Source of the DNA: an uncultured virus (IMG/VR IMGVR_UViG_3300035680_001736)
Taxonomy: Duplodnaviria; Heunggongvirae; Uroviricota; Caudoviricetes
Length of the DNA stretch: 64,000 nt
IMG/VR virus record: IMGVR_UViG_3300035680_001736
Strand: one strand, 5' to 3'
A program made the translations under genes and the position numbers. Within the stretch, counting starts at the first letter, position 1, and each line of letters starts with the position of its first letter. The notes beneath the pieces were generated by a model. The model did no database searches, was not told the DNA's origin, and saw only the letters and a program-made list of their open reading frames with translations. Of this stretch, positions 1-12,200 are shown piece by piece.

Positions 1-2889
1 TGAGATTATTTCATATTCTCTAAAGAATTCGCCTCCTGATGCAGGTTTCTTATAAATCCATAATTTACCTAAATTTAATGAATCATCCCAATAATGGGCG
101 ACATCATAAGAATCGAACCAACCTGATGACGGTGTTATGTTATAAGAGGTATTTGCGGTAAAATCATAAATGTATAAGTCAGTGTCGGTATTAAAAATAA
201 TAATACATTCATAACCACAACTTGGAGCACCGCCATCACTAGTTTGAGTTGGAGTTTGAGTTCTTGTCGGAGTTTTAGTTTGAGTTCTTGTCGGAGTTGG
301 GCTTTTGGTTAAGCTTGGTGTTTGTGTTGATGTTTTGGTAACGGTTACAGATGGTGTGTTAGTTGGGGTCTGAGTTGAAGTTTTAGTATTTGTCGGTGTC
401 TGTGTTTTAGTTTGAGTATTTGTCGGTGTCGGAGTCTTTGTTTGTGAGGTAGTTGGAGTTGGGCTTAGGGTTTCTGGTGGAGTTGTATCCGGTGTTCTTG
501 TTTGTGTTGGTGTTTTGGTAGGTGTTTTAGATGGTGTTTTAGTAACCGTATTTGTTGGAGTGTTAGATGGTGTCTTTGTTGGAGTTTGAGTATTTGTTGG
601 AGTGTTAGATGGTGTTGGTGGAGGGCTAGTTGATGTTGGTGTTTTAGTAGGTGTTTTAGATGGTGTATTTGTTGGTGAAGTTGTATTACTTGGAGTTTGA
701 CTTGACGTTCTTGTCGGTGAAGGTGTTTTTGTTGAAGTTCTAGTTACAGTTGAGCTTGGAGTTTGACTCTTAGTTGGAGTATATGTTGGTTTTGGGGTTT
801 CGGGGGCACTAGAACTTGGAGTATTAGTTTTGGTTACTGTTGGAGTTTTTGTTGATGTCTTTGTTACAGTTGGTGTTTGAGTTGAGGTTTTAGTAACAGT
901 TCTAGTGGGGGTGTTCGATGGAGTATTTGTTTTTGTTGGAGTTTGTGTTTTTGTCGGAGTTCTTGACGGGTTTGGGGTTGGCGTATTTGTAATAGTTGAA
1001 GTATTTGAAGGTGTGTTTGATTTCGTTGGGGTGGGAGTTTTAGTTGGAGTTTTTGTCGCAGTGTTACTAGCGGTTTGTGTTTTTGTTTGTGTTGGAGTTG
1101 AAGTAGGTGATTTTGTTATAGTTTGTGTTGGAGTTTGAGTTTTAGTGGGGGTTTTGGTTGGAGTTTGAGTTTTAGTGGGGGTTTTGGTTGGAGTTTCACT
1201 AGGTATCGGTACTGGACAAGAAACTTCCGCAGTCCATGTAACATTAGAAATTGGAGAAATTACTTCTAATATTGCATTAGTTGGGAAACTTAACAATTTT
1301 GTAAATTGATATGAACCGTTACCAACATCAATTACCGATGGGTAACCCAATGAGTTTAATTGTGGATTATAGGATGGGTCACCCCAGAATTCACTATCAA
1401 TAACTACCAAATTATCATAATATAATATAAATCTATTTGGTACAATTCCTGAGTTAAATGTAAATGTTATAACTCCTGTCTGAGCTCCCAATTCAATATC
1501 ATAAGTGTATATCCCATTGTAACCATTAGAAACCGTGATTGGTATATCACAGTTAACATTACCTGAGAAATTCACAGGACTAGTGGTTGATGGTGTTGGC
1601 GTTTTTGTTGGTGTTTTAGTTTGAGTTGGTGTTTTAGATGGTGTTTTGGTAATAGTTTTAGTAGGTGTGTTCGAAGGTGTTTGTGTTTGTGTAGGAGTTT
1701 TAGTAGGAGTAGGAGTATCAAGTTTTGTCGGACAATCTAACACAACACTCCATACTGTACCAGGTAATGGAGCAACAACCACCACAGTTACGGTATCAGG
1801 TGTAGATGCCGATTTGAAAAAAGAATCCGTCCCTTGCCCTGTACCTGAAACAGGGGGATAACCTAAAGCAATTAATCTTGAATTTTGTGTAGGGTCTCCT
1901 CTAAATCCTGTATCAATTACTAAATCACCATCCCAATAAACTCTGAACCAATCAGGAACAAACTGAGCGTTGAAATAAAAAGGAACTTTCCCAATTTCAC
2001 TTCCTACAAAAACAGAATATGTAAATTGTCCTGGTCCGGCCAATGATACAGTTAAAGGTTCATCACATTCAGTACTTCCTGTTACTATGGCGAATGAAGT
2101 TTGAGTTAATGTTGGAGTTGGGGTTTGAGTTCTTGTTTGAGTTTTTGTAGGGGTTGGAGTTTTTGTTGCAGTTCTTGATGGATTTGGAGTATCGGTTGGA
2201 GTTGGAGTTTTAGTGTTTGTTGAAGTTTGAGATTTTGTAATGGTTGGAGTTTTTGTTGCGGTTCTCGATGGATTTGGAGTATCTGTTTGTGATGGAGTTT
2301 GAGTGTTTGTTGATGTTTGACTTTTCGTTATTGTAGGGGTCTTAGTTGGAGTTTTAGAAGGGAAATTGGTTCCGGTCTGTGTTTTGGTTACAGATGCAGT
2401 TAATGTTGAGGTTTTTGTATTTGTAGGTGTTTTGGTCGGGGTTTTAGTAATTGTTGGAGTTCGTGTATTAGACTGAGTTTGAGAGTTTGAAGGAGTATTT
2501 GTTTGAGTGGTGGTATTCGAAGGAGTATTAGTAGGTGTTTGAGTTCTTGTTTTGGTTGGGGTTTTTGTTGGGCATGGAGTTGACGTTGGTGTTAATGGTT
2601 GTGGAGTATTTGTAGGGGATGAAGTTGGTGAAGGGGTTTTGGTATTTGATGCGGTTAGAGTTGGAGTTGTTGGTAAAACATTTAATATATTAGAACAAGT
2701 CCCACCCGATGTTAAAACATTATAGGACCCATAAATATCTTTAGGTGGGGATAGTAAACCAGGATTAAATTCGTAAGGTAATATAACCTGACCTAAGTTA
2801 ATGACATCACTTTCACCTAGTGGGGTAAATAAAATGATAGCTAATTCACCATCGAAGTTAATACTTTCGATTACAATTTGTTGGGACAT
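1..2889 (-). CDS. Giant Thr/Pro-rich mosaic virion/fibre-like protein, 3'-partial (missing from the ORF track)
   Basis: ATG at 2889 (MSQQIVIESINFDGELAIILFTP...); same frame reads open at the segments translated, including position 1. Long TP linkers, two 'VID(T/S)xFxG..N..L..LGYP' modules (~1210-1570, ~1730-2070) and the start of a 'DVAH...KLW' propeller at the left edge. Confidence 0.85.
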   Translation of the reverse strand, partial: MSQQIVIESINFDGELAIILFTPLGESDVINLGQVILPYEFNPGLLSPPKDIYGSYNVLTSGGTCSNILNVLPTTPTLTASNTKTPSPTSSPTNTPQPLTPTSTPCPTKTPTKTRTQTPTNTPSNTTTQTNTPSNSQTQSNTRTPTITKTPTKTPTNTKTSTLTASVTKTQTGTNFPSKTPTKTPTITKSQTSTNTQTPSQTDTPNPSRTATKTPTITKSQTSTNTKTPTPTDTPNPSRTATKTPTPTKTQTRTQTPTPTLTQTSFAIVTGSTECDEPLTVSLAGPGQFTYSVFVGSEIGKVPFYFNAQFVPDWFRVYWDGDLVIDTGFRGDPTQNSRLIALGYPPVSGTGQGTDSFFKSASTPDTVTVVVVAPLPGTVWSVVLDCPTKLDTPTPTKTPTQTQTPSNTPTKTITKTPSKTPTQTKTPTKTPTPSTTSPVNFSGNVNCDIPITVSNGYNGIYTYDIELGAQTGVITFTFNSGIVPNRFILYYDNLVVIDSEFWGDPSYNPQLNSLGYPSVIDVGNGSYQFTKLLSFPTNAILEVISPISNVTWTAEVSCPVPIPSETPTKTPTKTQTPTKTPTKTQTPTQTITKSPTSTPTQTKTQTASNTATKTPTKTPTPTKSNTPSNTSTITNTPTPNPSRTPTKTQTPTKTNTPSNTPTRTVTKTSTQTPTVTKTSTKTPTVTKTNTPSSSAPETPKPTYTPTKSQTPSSTVTRTSTKTPSPTRTSSQTPSNTTSPTNTPSKTPTKTPTSTSPPPTPSNTPTNTQTPTKTPSNTPTNTVTKTPSKTPTKTPTQTRTPDTTPPETLSPTPTTSQTKTPTPTNTQTKTQTPTNTKTSTQTPTNTPSVTVTKTSTQTPSLTKSPTPTRTQTKTPTRTQTPTQTSDGGAPSCGYECIIIFNTDTDLYIYDFTANTSYNITPSSGWFDSYDVAHYWDDSLNLGKLWIYKKPASGGEFFREYEIIS
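1127..1196. repeat. Perfect 30-bp tandem repeat (2.3 copies) inside a TP linker
   Basis: gttggagtttgagttttagtgggggttttg repeated. Confidence 0.85.
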
Positions 2890-2957
2890 TATAAATTTTT
2901 AACCTTTTACTTTTAAATATAAATAGATTAAAAATTATTTAAATAACATAATAAGTT

Positions 2958-5900
2958 TTACTGAGCAACAAGTACTGTCCAGTTTTTAGGAGTACCTGTC
3001 AAAGTATTTCTACAACCTATTCCAATGGCTGATGGAGCTGAATTAACCGCGTCTCCAGTGCCATTTGAATTATCCAAGTATAATGTACCACCTACCACAG
3101 TAGTTGCGGATAAATTACATAGTATAAAGTCTACCGCAGTCTGTGTTAATTTACTATATCTTAATTCAATATTTTTAATATTAGGACAAGTAGGTAATAA
3201 AGGTATATTCCAATTACTAAAAGGATAAGAACCACCTACCGTTGCTACTACACCCGGACCAAAAATATTATTCATAGTCAACGCAGTAAGTCCTGGTGGT
3301 AGTGGAGTTAGATTTGAGGGTCCAGATGTAAAAATATTATTACTGATGTCTAAAGATTTTAATGTTGCGGATACTGAATTAAAATTAATAAACCCTGTAA
3401 AACTTTTTAAAGTAACACCACTTGAAAGGTAAGTCTGTTGGGAAATGTCTAATGAAACAATTCCAGGGAACAAACTTAAATCTAAGGTGGTAATGCGATT
3501 TCTATTATTAGCGGCGCCCGCAAAATCTACAGTTCTGATAGTATTTGGGAACTGTGTGGTCCACGAAGTTAACAAATTCGCATTTATTGTAAACGCCGAA
3601 ATTTGAGTTGTAGTTAGTGTGGATGAAAAAGTAGTTATACTATTTCTTTTCGCCACGTTGTTTTGACCCAAATCTAGTACTCTCAGGTTTGTTGGGAGTG
3701 GAAATGAGAAATTTCCTGAAAAATTGTTAGCCCCTAAATCTAAGGTTCTAACCGAATTAGGTAACGTTGGTAATGTAGAAATGTTATTTGTAGAAGCATC
3801 AATAGTTATCAAAGATGAACATGAGGATATTGATGAAGGTATACTTGGGATAACTTGATTATTACTGATATCTAATGTAGTTAAACTAGTCGCATTTGAA
3901 AAATTTGGAGTAAAATTACTAATTCTATTTCTCAAATCAGAGCTTGAAGTACTGTTATTATTCAAATTAATTATTTGAACATTTTGAGGGATGATTTCAC
4001 TAAAAGCGGATAGTCTATTATCAGTAATAGTGATTCCAGTTAAAGAGGTATATGTCAAGTTTAAGTTAAATGACATATTTTGTAGTGGTAATATTGATGT
4101 ATAATTCTTGTTAATTAGAATATTTTTTATAGTTGTTGGGAATGTAACATTTATTGAAGATAAGCTTCCTCCTCCAGAGGTTCCAAGACTTCCTAACACC
4201 TCGAACCATTCCAAAACAGTGTTGGAAAAATCCCAATTTATATTTTGTACGGAGGTTACAATGAAATAAATTTGTTTTAATCCGTTACCAATCGAGACAG
4301 GGTTAAAATTAAACACTCCCTGTACTAATTCGAACCTAATACTTTCAATACTATTAGGGAACGTTATTGGTATTTCATTTAATGTTGAAGCCGATATTGT
4401 TACAAATCTCAAAGAAGGGTAGTTTGTACTTGTGAATGTATTTAAAGGAATTATTTCACTTATTCTTTGTAATGTTATTGTGATTAACTGGCCTAGAGGA
4501 GCCGGTGGATTAAAGTTGCTAACTGTTGCGGTAAATGTACCCGGTCCATAAGTATTTGTCAATGTAGTATTGCTCGAAGCTCCTAAATTAAAATTTTGTA
4601 ATGGTAAGGCGTTACCCCAATCAACGGTACCATTCAATGCTCCCGTATTGTTACTACCTAATACAATATTCATCGGATTAACACCATCTCTATTTTTAAC
4701 TTGTAATTTCAAAACTTCAGGTACAAAAGTTTTTGTTGGTGTTTGAGTCTTTGTTTTAGTTGGGGTGTTAGTCGGAGTTTGAGTTGGTGATGTTGTAGGG
4801 TCAGGTGTTTTTGGGGGTGTTGATGTATTTGTTGGGGTTTTTGTTGGGGTTTTTGTTGGGGTTTCGGTAGGACTAGTTGTTGGGTCAGGGGTTGCTCCTA
4901 TGGTTTTGGTCGGAGTTGGGGTTTTAGTTTTAGTAGGGGTTATTGATGGTGTTTGAGTTTTAGTTGGTGTTTGAGTTGGAGTTTTAGTCGGTGTTTCAGT
5001 AGGACTAGTTGTTGGGTCAGGGCTTGACCCTGGGGTTTTAGTTTTTGTTGGGGTTGGTGTTGTGGTTTTAGTTTTTGTTGGGGTTGGTGTTTGAGAAGAA
5101 TCAGGAGCTTGGGATGTTTTAGTAGGTGTATTTGTTGCAAAATTTGTTTGTGAAGGAGTTGTAGTTGGTGCCGTTAATCCTGGTGTTTTAGTTTTGGTAG
5201 GGGTTCTTGTGTTAGTAGATGTATTTGTTGGTGTTTGTGTATTTGTTGGTGTTTGACTTGGGGGTAGTCCAGGAGTTGGTGTGGGGGTTTGAGTTCTTGT
5301 ATTTGTTGGAGTAACAGATGGAGTTCTTGTTTGTGTTGGGGTTTGAGTTCTTGTTGGTGTTGGTGTTTGTCTACTAGGTGTTCTGGTTCTTGTTGGGGTT
5401 GGTGTAGGTTCTACACCTGTTGGAGTTGGGGTTGGGCAATCAAAAATACTAGACGCTCCTCGTATATAATAAAAAGGACTTGATTCAATTTCAACTACAA
5501 AAGTAATTCCAAAGGGAGGAGTCTGTCTTATTTCATAAAGTTCTTGGGGACATTGATAACAAGATTGGAATGTAAAATATATTTTTCCGTACCACTCAAA
5601 CATACCTCCAGTATCCGCACCTGGAGCGTTTGTTAAAATTGTAAAATTGAAAGTATAACTCTGATTATATGGAGGAATGTTTTCAAAAACATATACTTCG
5701 GCAAAATAACTAAAGTTTCCGCCAGTCTGAACTCCTGCCATTACGAATATTTGTCCAAAAGATGAAACAACAATATCACCGGCATTACTTAAAGTTACAG
5801 ACGGTAATGCTCTCAAATCAATTATTATGATTTGGTCTTGAGTCATATCAAATATTGATAATCTATCATTTGATTGAAAAATTAATTGGGAACCCATTAA

Positions 5901-8900
5901 TTGTTGGTCATTACCAAAGTAGGCTAAAGATACCCCTAAATAATTAATACTGGTGGTAGGATAACCGTCAGGACCCAAAGTAGGGTTTTCTATTAAATAT
6001 GGTATAAATCTACTGAATGATAGAGTAAATGGTTGCCAATTAGTTATATCATATTCGTAAATTCCAGGGTAGTTAGTCGGAATAGACTGCCAGTTAGGTT
6101 GTGATGATACATTTGAAAAATTACTTTTCAAATACCACAATTTAGTTCTACTATGAGCAATGTCATCATATACTGAATAGGGAGGAAACGGAAAGCCAGT
6201 TCCTGCTATATATACGTATGAATTAATTGAGATATCATAATACATGATATTTTGGTAATATGTTTGTGACCCATTTGGACCAGTAACCCTTCTTTCAACG
6301 GACATCAATATGGATTGACATGGTAAAAATGTTTTTATGGGGGTTTTTGTTGGAGTAGTTGTTGGAAAAAATGATGTTTTTGTGGGGGTTATAGATTGGG
6401 TTGGGGGTGGGGTGTTAGTTGGAAATGTGCAACTACAATTATAAAAACTTAAAATACTGGCAGTACCGCTAACTAATGTTGCACTTTGAAAACACCCGTC
6501 AATATATTGTCCTGCGGATAACTGAAAATTTATAGGAAAAGTATCTTGACAAAGCAATATAGAAACAGTTCCTCCTTGAAATGTTGAGATTTCAAATCTA
6601 CTACAACATTTTGTTGGAGTTATAGTAGTTGTTGGTGTGGGGGTTATAGGCCCTTGTACTGTTTGTGTTGGGCTAGATGAAACTACGGGTGTTTGTGTCG
6701 GAGAATTAGTTACAAATGGAGTCTTAGTATTGGTAGGAGTCTTAGTATTGGTAGGAGTATTAGTTGGAGTTTTAGTCTGTGAAGATGTTGGGTCCGGTGA
6801 TAAAAATGGTGTTTTAGTCATTGAAGGAGTCCGAGTAATTGTTGGGGTTTTTGTCGGAGTATTAGTCATTGTTGGAGTTGGGGTAAGTGTTTCACAAGGA
6901 TTTAATCTGACGCAGTCATCAGCACAAGACCTATACACATAACCAACAGGACACGTATAACCACTTGGTAAGTCAATGCCCCCAAGAGTTTGGACCACAG
7001 TTGCTTCAGAAAAACCAGAAGTCGTAAAGATAATATTCAAATCATTTATAGAAGTGGCTCCTGTTAATTCTTGGATTGTGTTATCATAAATTTCACATCC
7101 AAATACCGCAGCATTTCCATCGTTTGCCCCCAAAACCGTAATAACATGATTTCCTGGTGATATATAGACAGGATATACGTGCCAATAAATGAATGATAAA
7201 TTTTGTAAAGGAGGATTTGCCGGAGTGTATGTACCAAAATAAGAATTTACTATTTCAGTACCATCTAAAGATATTCTATAATAATTGTCTCCAGCAATAC
7301 CCACCCAATATACTTTTCCAACTGTTATACCCGTAAAACAAGTCGAAAATCCTAACCATGTGTCTATTGGGAATCCAAAACCTGATGGTGCCCATATACC
7401 ACTTCGATTTAAAGGTCCTTGTTCTTGTCCGATAACCGTAATGGTATTCTTCCAAACGTTAGGAGTTTGAGAAGCTGCAAAGTTAGTTCCATTTCCTCCA
7501 AAATTATATCCATTTATGTAGAATATAGAACCTTGGTTTGAATATACACTGTTCCTAAATCTTGTTAGTGGTATTATAGTCTGAGGAGGTGTTACTGGTA
7601 CAGTTATGACTTGGTCGGCGCAAGGTATTGATGTCGGAGTTGGAGTCGCACACGGATGATTTTCTAAACACTGTTCACATTCAGTCTGATTATTAATACT
7701 AGGCGTTATTGATGGTGTTTGTGTCGGTGATGAAGTTGGGTCAGGACTTAAAAATGGTGTTTTAGTAACTGTTGGAGTTTTGGTGTTAGACGGTGTAACA
7801 GTCGGTGTTTTTGTTTTAGATGGGGTTATTGTTTTGGTTGGTGTATTAGTTGGTGTATTTGATGGGGTTGGTGGAGGGGTTGGGTCTACTGGAGGGCCAG
7901 AACAGGTAATACAGTCAAAATCATCATTTATAAAATCAATAATTCTTTGTCTTGGTATTGGACCAAAACCTAGCGCAAAACTAACTGGCGCTGCTCCGTT
8001 AGTATCGCAATAACTCATAATAGTTCCAAAACTTGGAACTGGGGGCACTCCACAACACCAATTTGGAGGGACACAGTTTAATCCGGCACATGAAGGAAAA
8101 GCGCTACAAAAACTAATGTTAGATAACGGTCTTCCATATCCTATTCCTCCTACACCATCAGGACACTCCAAATTTTGACCATTATTACAACCATCCAACA
8201 TTTGACAACCGAATGTGTCAGAACCAGGAGTCCAATTTGTTACATTCCAATAACAACCCTTAGTGTGAGGTGAGCCGAATACGTGACCTTGTTCGTGTGT
8301 TACAACTTTAACTGTACGACTATAAGAAACAGAACTTGGGGTTGCACCTGAATCACCAATCCTCATTTGTGTGTAAGAAAATCTACCGGTCTTTCCAGAA
8401 AGTGGTCCACTTGAAGGACCAAAAATACCTTGTCCACACATACTACCAATACTATTGGCAACTCCTCCACCGCTATTTGTAAGTCCAAAAGATAAATACA
8501 TTGCGGTATCTTCAACAATATTATTCTGTTGGACTCTATAATTAGTATAATTTAAAAGACTTTGTGTGGTGCTACTATTAAAAAGCCCTGATGGTCCTGA
8601 AGTAAAGAAATTTAAAGTTTGTAAATAAATTTGAATCCCTTCGTTTAAATATAATTGTTGAGTTGCATTGAATAGTGAGGTAATCCAGGACTGAGCTTGA
8701 GGTAATCCACCGAAGGTTTGTATTGCATTAAACTCAACATCCCACCTAACATTAATGCATTTTGTTGTTGATGTTAAACTATAACCTTGTTTGATTTTTC
8801 TATCAATAGACCTGTAATTTTCAGTATTATTAGGCATGTTAGATGGGTCAACACCGCATTCCCAAGGGTCAATTAAATTCTCGTGTTTGGTTAGAATAAA

Positions 8901-9254
8901 CGAACCATCTTCGTTTTTATCAAAACCATATTGAACAAAATCATCCTCAACTATGCCGTATATACCAAATTCACTGAATGATACGGCAACGAATGAACTG
9001 GCAGAACCTTCAACTTTACCCCCATAGTGTACACTATTGTCAATGTAAGATGAAATATTTTCATCAGTAGTGAATCTTAAATTAGATTTACTTAAATCAT
9101 TTCTATTTAATATAAGTTGTTTTTCAACACCTGATAATGGTACAGTCAACATAATTTGACTGTGTTTCATAGTCATTAATTCACTAAAAACATCATCATC
9201 TAATTGAAACTTTCCGTTGATGTTAAAACTCTTATGTAAACTTAATGACTTCAT
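2958..9254 (-). CDS. Reprolysin/M12-like zinc metalloprotease fused to TP-rich linkers, a PA14-like module, a propeller and C-terminal leucine-rich repeats
   Basis: [11 protein letters not shown] (8265-8297), Met-turn GTIMSY, prodomain Cys (WECGV); LxxLDxSxNxI repeats at the C-terminus. Confidence 0.85.
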   Translation of the reverse strand: MKSLSLHKSFNINGKFQLDDDVFSELMTMKHSQIMLTVPLSGVEKQLILNRNDLSKSNLRFTTDENISSYIDNSVHYGGKVEGSASSFVAVSFSEFGIYGIVEDDFVQYGFDKNEDGSFILTKHENLIDPWECGVDPSNMPNNTENYRSIDRKIKQGYSLTSTTKCINVRWDVEFNAIQTFGGLPQAQSWITSLFNATQQLYLNEGIQIYLQTLNFFTSGPSGLFNSSTTQSLLNYTNYRVQQNNIVEDTAMYLSFGLTNSGGGVANSIGSMCGQGIFGPSSGPLSGKTGRFSYTQMRIGDSGATPSSVSYSRTVKVVTHEQGHVFGSPHTKGCYWNVTNWTPGSDTFGCQMLDGCNNGQNLECPDGVGGIGYGRPLSNISFCSAFPSCAGLNCVPPNWCCGVPPVPSFGTIMSYCDTNGAAPVSFALGFGPIPRQRIIDFINDDFDCITCSGPPVDPTPPPTPSNTPTNTPTKTITPSKTKTPTVTPSNTKTPTVTKTPFLSPDPTSSPTQTPSITPSINNQTECEQCLENHPCATPTPTSIPCADQVITVPVTPPQTIIPLTRFRNSVYSNQGSIFYINGYNFGGNGTNFAASQTPNVWKNTITVIGQEQGPLNRSGIWAPSGFGFPIDTWLGFSTCFTGITVGKVYWVGIAGDNYYRISLDGTEIVNSYFGTYTPANPPLQNLSFIYWHVYPVYISPGNHVITVLGANDGNAAVFGCEIYDNTIQELTGATSINDLNIIFTTSGFSEATVVQTLGGIDLPSGYTCPVGYVYRSCADDCVRLNPCETLTPTPTMTNTPTKTPTITRTPSMTKTPFLSPDPTSSQTKTPTNTPTNTKTPTNTKTPFVTNSPTQTPVVSSSPTQTVQGPITPTPTTTITPTKCCSRFEISTFQGGTVSILLCQDTFPINFQLSAGQYIDGCFQSATLVSGTASILSFYNCSCTFPTNTPPPTQSITPTKTSFFPTTTPTKTPIKTFLPCQSILMSVERRVTGPNGSQTYYQNIMYYDISINSYVYIAGTGFPFPPYSVYDDIAHSRTKLWYLKSNFSNVSSQPNWQSIPTNYPGIYEYDITNWQPFTLSFSRFIPYLIENPTLGPDGYPTTSINYLGVSLAYFGNDQQLMGSQLIFQSNDRLSIFDMTQDQIIIIDLRALPSVTLSNAGDIVVSSFGQIFVMAGVQTGGNFSYFAEVYVFENIPPYNQSYTFNFTILTNAPGADTGGMFEWYGKIYFTFQSCYQCPQELYEIRQTPPFGITFVVEIESSPFYYIRGASSIFDCPTPTPTGVEPTPTPTRTRTPSRQTPTPTRTQTPTQTRTPSVTPTNTRTQTPTPTPGLPPSQTPTNTQTPTNTSTNTRTPTKTKTPGLTAPTTTPSQTNFATNTPTKTSQAPDSSQTPTPTKTKTTTPTPTKTKTPGSSPDPTTSPTETPTKTPTQTPTKTQTPSITPTKTKTPTPTKTIGATPDPTTSPTETPTKTPTKTPTNTSTPPKTPDPTTSPTQTPTNTPTKTKTQTPTKTFVPEVLKLQVKNRDGVNPMNIVLGSNNTGALNGTVDWGNALPLQNFNLGASSNTTLTNTYGPGTFTATVSNFNPPAPLGQLITITLQRISEIIPLNTFTSTNYPSLRFVTISASTLNEIPITFPNSIESIRFELVQGVFNFNPVSIGNGLKQIYFIVTSVQNINWDFSNTVLEWFEVLGSLGTSGGGSLSSINVTFPTTIKNILINKNYTSILPLQNMSFNLNLTYTSLTGITITDNRLSAFSEIIPQNVQIINLNNNSTSSSDLRNRISNFTPNFSNATSLTTLDISNNQVIPSIPSSISSCSSLITIDASTNNISTLPTLPNSVRTLDLGANNFSGNFSFPLPTNLRVLDLGQNNVAKRNSITTFSSTLTTTQISAFTINANLLTSWTTQFPNTIRTVDFAGAANNRNRITTLDLSLFPGIVSLDISQQTYLSSGVTLKSFTGFINFNSVSATLKSLDISNNIFTSGPSNLTPLPPGLTALTMNNIFGPGVVATVGGSYPFSNWNIPLLPTCPNIKNIELRYSKLTQTAVDFILCNLSATTVVGGTLYLDNSNGTGDAVNSAPSAIGIGCRNTLTGTPKNWTVLVAQ

Positions 9255-9267
9255 ATTTTATATATAA

Positions 9268-12200
9268 TTATTGTGGTGTTATATTAATATACTCGAAAGA
9301 AAAATTTGCAGTGTTTAAATTCTCATTATATACCGCGCAATTTGAAAACCCGACAGCCTCCACAAAGTATGACTGACCGTTTACCAATGTATTAGCGACT
9401 TGAAAAGGGATTAGATATATTCTGATTGTATCAAATGGCTCACAACAACTTACAAAAAATTTACTGATAGCACAAGGGTGTAAATTAACACACTGAGCAC
9501 AACCTATATTAGTTGGTTGTGGTGTTGGTGTGATAGTGGGAGTTTGTGTTGGAGTTAAACTTGGTCCTCCAGGGATTAAATTAACTGTAGAGTTTAAATA
9601 AGTGTTTGACGCCCCGCTATAAAAATCGAATATAAGTGTATTCGTTTGAGTTAAATCATATGGAGGAGTTAGACCTACACTATATAATTCAGATGGTGAT
9701 GAATTTGTTAAAAAATATAAATTACCATTATCCTCAAAAAGGTATCTTTCTGCTAAAACATCACCTAAAATTTTAGTTATCTCAGGTCCTGCGGATAAAT
9801 TTGTAAAATCATATTGGTATATGTATTTATCTCTAAAATTAAAATCAACAACTATTACAAGTAATTTACCTGTAGTCGTTAAGACATAATCACCGAATGT
9901 CCTGAAACCAAACGGAAATTCTAATATAGTTGTAAACGTCGGGGTTGGTGAAGAAATATTTATCTGAACGATTCCATTGGGTATTGTGTTAGTATCAGTC
10001 GAGGTTAGAATAGTGGTATTGTTTATTGCAAACAAACCTGGATACTCACCAATTGGGTCGGGTAGTTCTACAAATTTTACAAATGTTAAACTAAATGGAT
10101 TAATAGTGTAATTCCATTCACCAATTGCACAAATTAAATTAGGGTCGTCGAAATCTATACCAACATACCCCTTAACAAAAATTTTGGAACTCGTATGGGT
10201 TATATCGTTGGATTCAAAAAATGGGGTTCCTGTAAAAGTTAAAGTACCAAAAAAAGTTTGGTTATTTGTAGATACTTGATACGTGTAAATGTCTAAACCA
10301 TAAAGTAATAAAACGCCCAAAGAAGGGACCACCGGAGTTTTAGTTCTAGTAGGTGTTGGGGTTGGGCTATTACATATACATCCAGGATATCTTATGTAAG
10401 TGCCTAAACCAGATATTTTAGAAACATTATTAGCACAATTTAAATCTTGGAAGGTTCCTGTTGGTACATTTATATTTTGTATGGTACCGTCACACAAAAC
10501 TACTAAAAAAGTAGTTCCACTTGTATCTGAAGGACTTGAGTCTAGCCTAAAACTACTACAACATGTTGGTGATGGGACACAAAATTTAAACGAAGTTCCA
10601 GCTCCATTCCAAAATTGGGAACCTCCGTTACCTTGAATTGTTAATCTTGTGTAACTTTGGGAATTATTAATTGTAATTTTACCTGTACCGGTGTTAAGAT
10701 TAGGCGAGCTCCATGTACTTCCGGAGCCGGCCACTAACACATTACCGTTTATTGTAGTTAGACACGTATATGTGGGTACAATTGATGGGGTACCTGTATT
10801 TGTGGTAAATGTAAATGTTTCAGTTAATGATGGGACACCAGAATTACCGGCACCCGCATATAGAATCTGAACATTATTTACGGGTACATCAAAATCAATA
10901 TTATAAGTAAATGGACCACTAACATTTATATTAGAATTCCAACCTAAGTTAGCGACCGTATCGGGGGCTAAAAAAGTTGGATTTGATTGACAATAACTTG
11001 AGGTACCTGTTGCGGTAATAATTGTTACGTTTTGGTCCCAAGAATGGGTTAAGGTTATTCCATTTAATATCCAAGATGCTCCGTTTCCAAAAGCAACTGA
11101 CGTTGGTTCTGTACATACATTATTTGGTATTCTCGTTGGTGTTGGAGTTTGAGTAGTTGTTGGTGTTAATGACGGTATTAGATTAGAAGTTTGTGTACGT
11201 GTCCGTGTAGGAGTTGGTGTTGATGTTACTGTACTTGTACGTGTACGTGTAGGGGTTGGTGTGACAAATCCAATGGTTGGTGTTTTAGTGGGTGTCTGAG
11301 TTCTTGTTGGGGTTGGTGTTGGTGTAACATTATCACATATGATAAAACACGGTTCAGGTAATAGAGTGTTTATATCAAAACAAACTTCACAGTTTAATGG
11401 AAATTCGAATGAAAGTCCAATTTTACCTGAGGTAAATAATGAGTTTGGCATAAAATTCCCAACTCCCCCATTTTGTTCCAATTCATTTATAAACACAGTA
11501 TCTGAAACCATTCCATCCCAAACCCACATTCTTGGATAAACCGTATTTAAATTTACAACTTGAATAGAATTTCCGGTTACTGTAAAAGTGAAATCGATAT
11601 CTCTTTGTATGGTTGGGCAAAGACAAGTTAGTTCATTAATAAAATTGACTATTCTCTGTTGTGGTTGGGGACCAAATCCATTTGCAAAATTTATACCTAC
11701 CGCAATTTGATGACAATAGGACATGATTGTACCTCCGTTTACAGGAAAACCATTGTCTATACATAATGGAAAGCTTCCATTAACACTGCAAAAAGAATAA
11801 GTGTTGTTTTCGAATCTACAACTGTCAATTCTTTCACAACCTATAGGTTCAGCGCCAGGAGTCCAATTAGTAACATTCCAATAACAACCAAAAGTATGTG
11901 GAGAATCAAACGCATGACCTTGTTCGTGTGTCACAACATTAACATTCCATGTATAAACTGTGGAACTTGGATTAGTTGTAATTTGACTCTGAAACAATTG
12001 ACTGAACACAACTGGAGAGTCAGCACTTCCAGTAGTGGTAGAGGTCGAAAATGGGTTACATAAAGTACCAAGACCGTCTGAGACACCTCCCGCTCCAAGT
12101 CCAGGTAATATAGGATATGATATAGCCAAAAGGTGTTTTAAATCACCTTGAAATTGCCAAGATTGTGCTCCTGGAGGTATATTACCGTCACCCCAATATT

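Noticed and set aside
905..1861. Val/Gly-rich + strand ORFs (also 6637, 7780, 14949, 15447, 22891, 51347, 52946)
   Set aside because: Antisense shadows of the Thr/Pro codon repeats in the real - strand genes
240..2680. Repetitive GT-rich DNA as a CRISPR array or satellite
   Set aside because: No constant repeat with unique spacers; the periodicity is codon-based within an open frame
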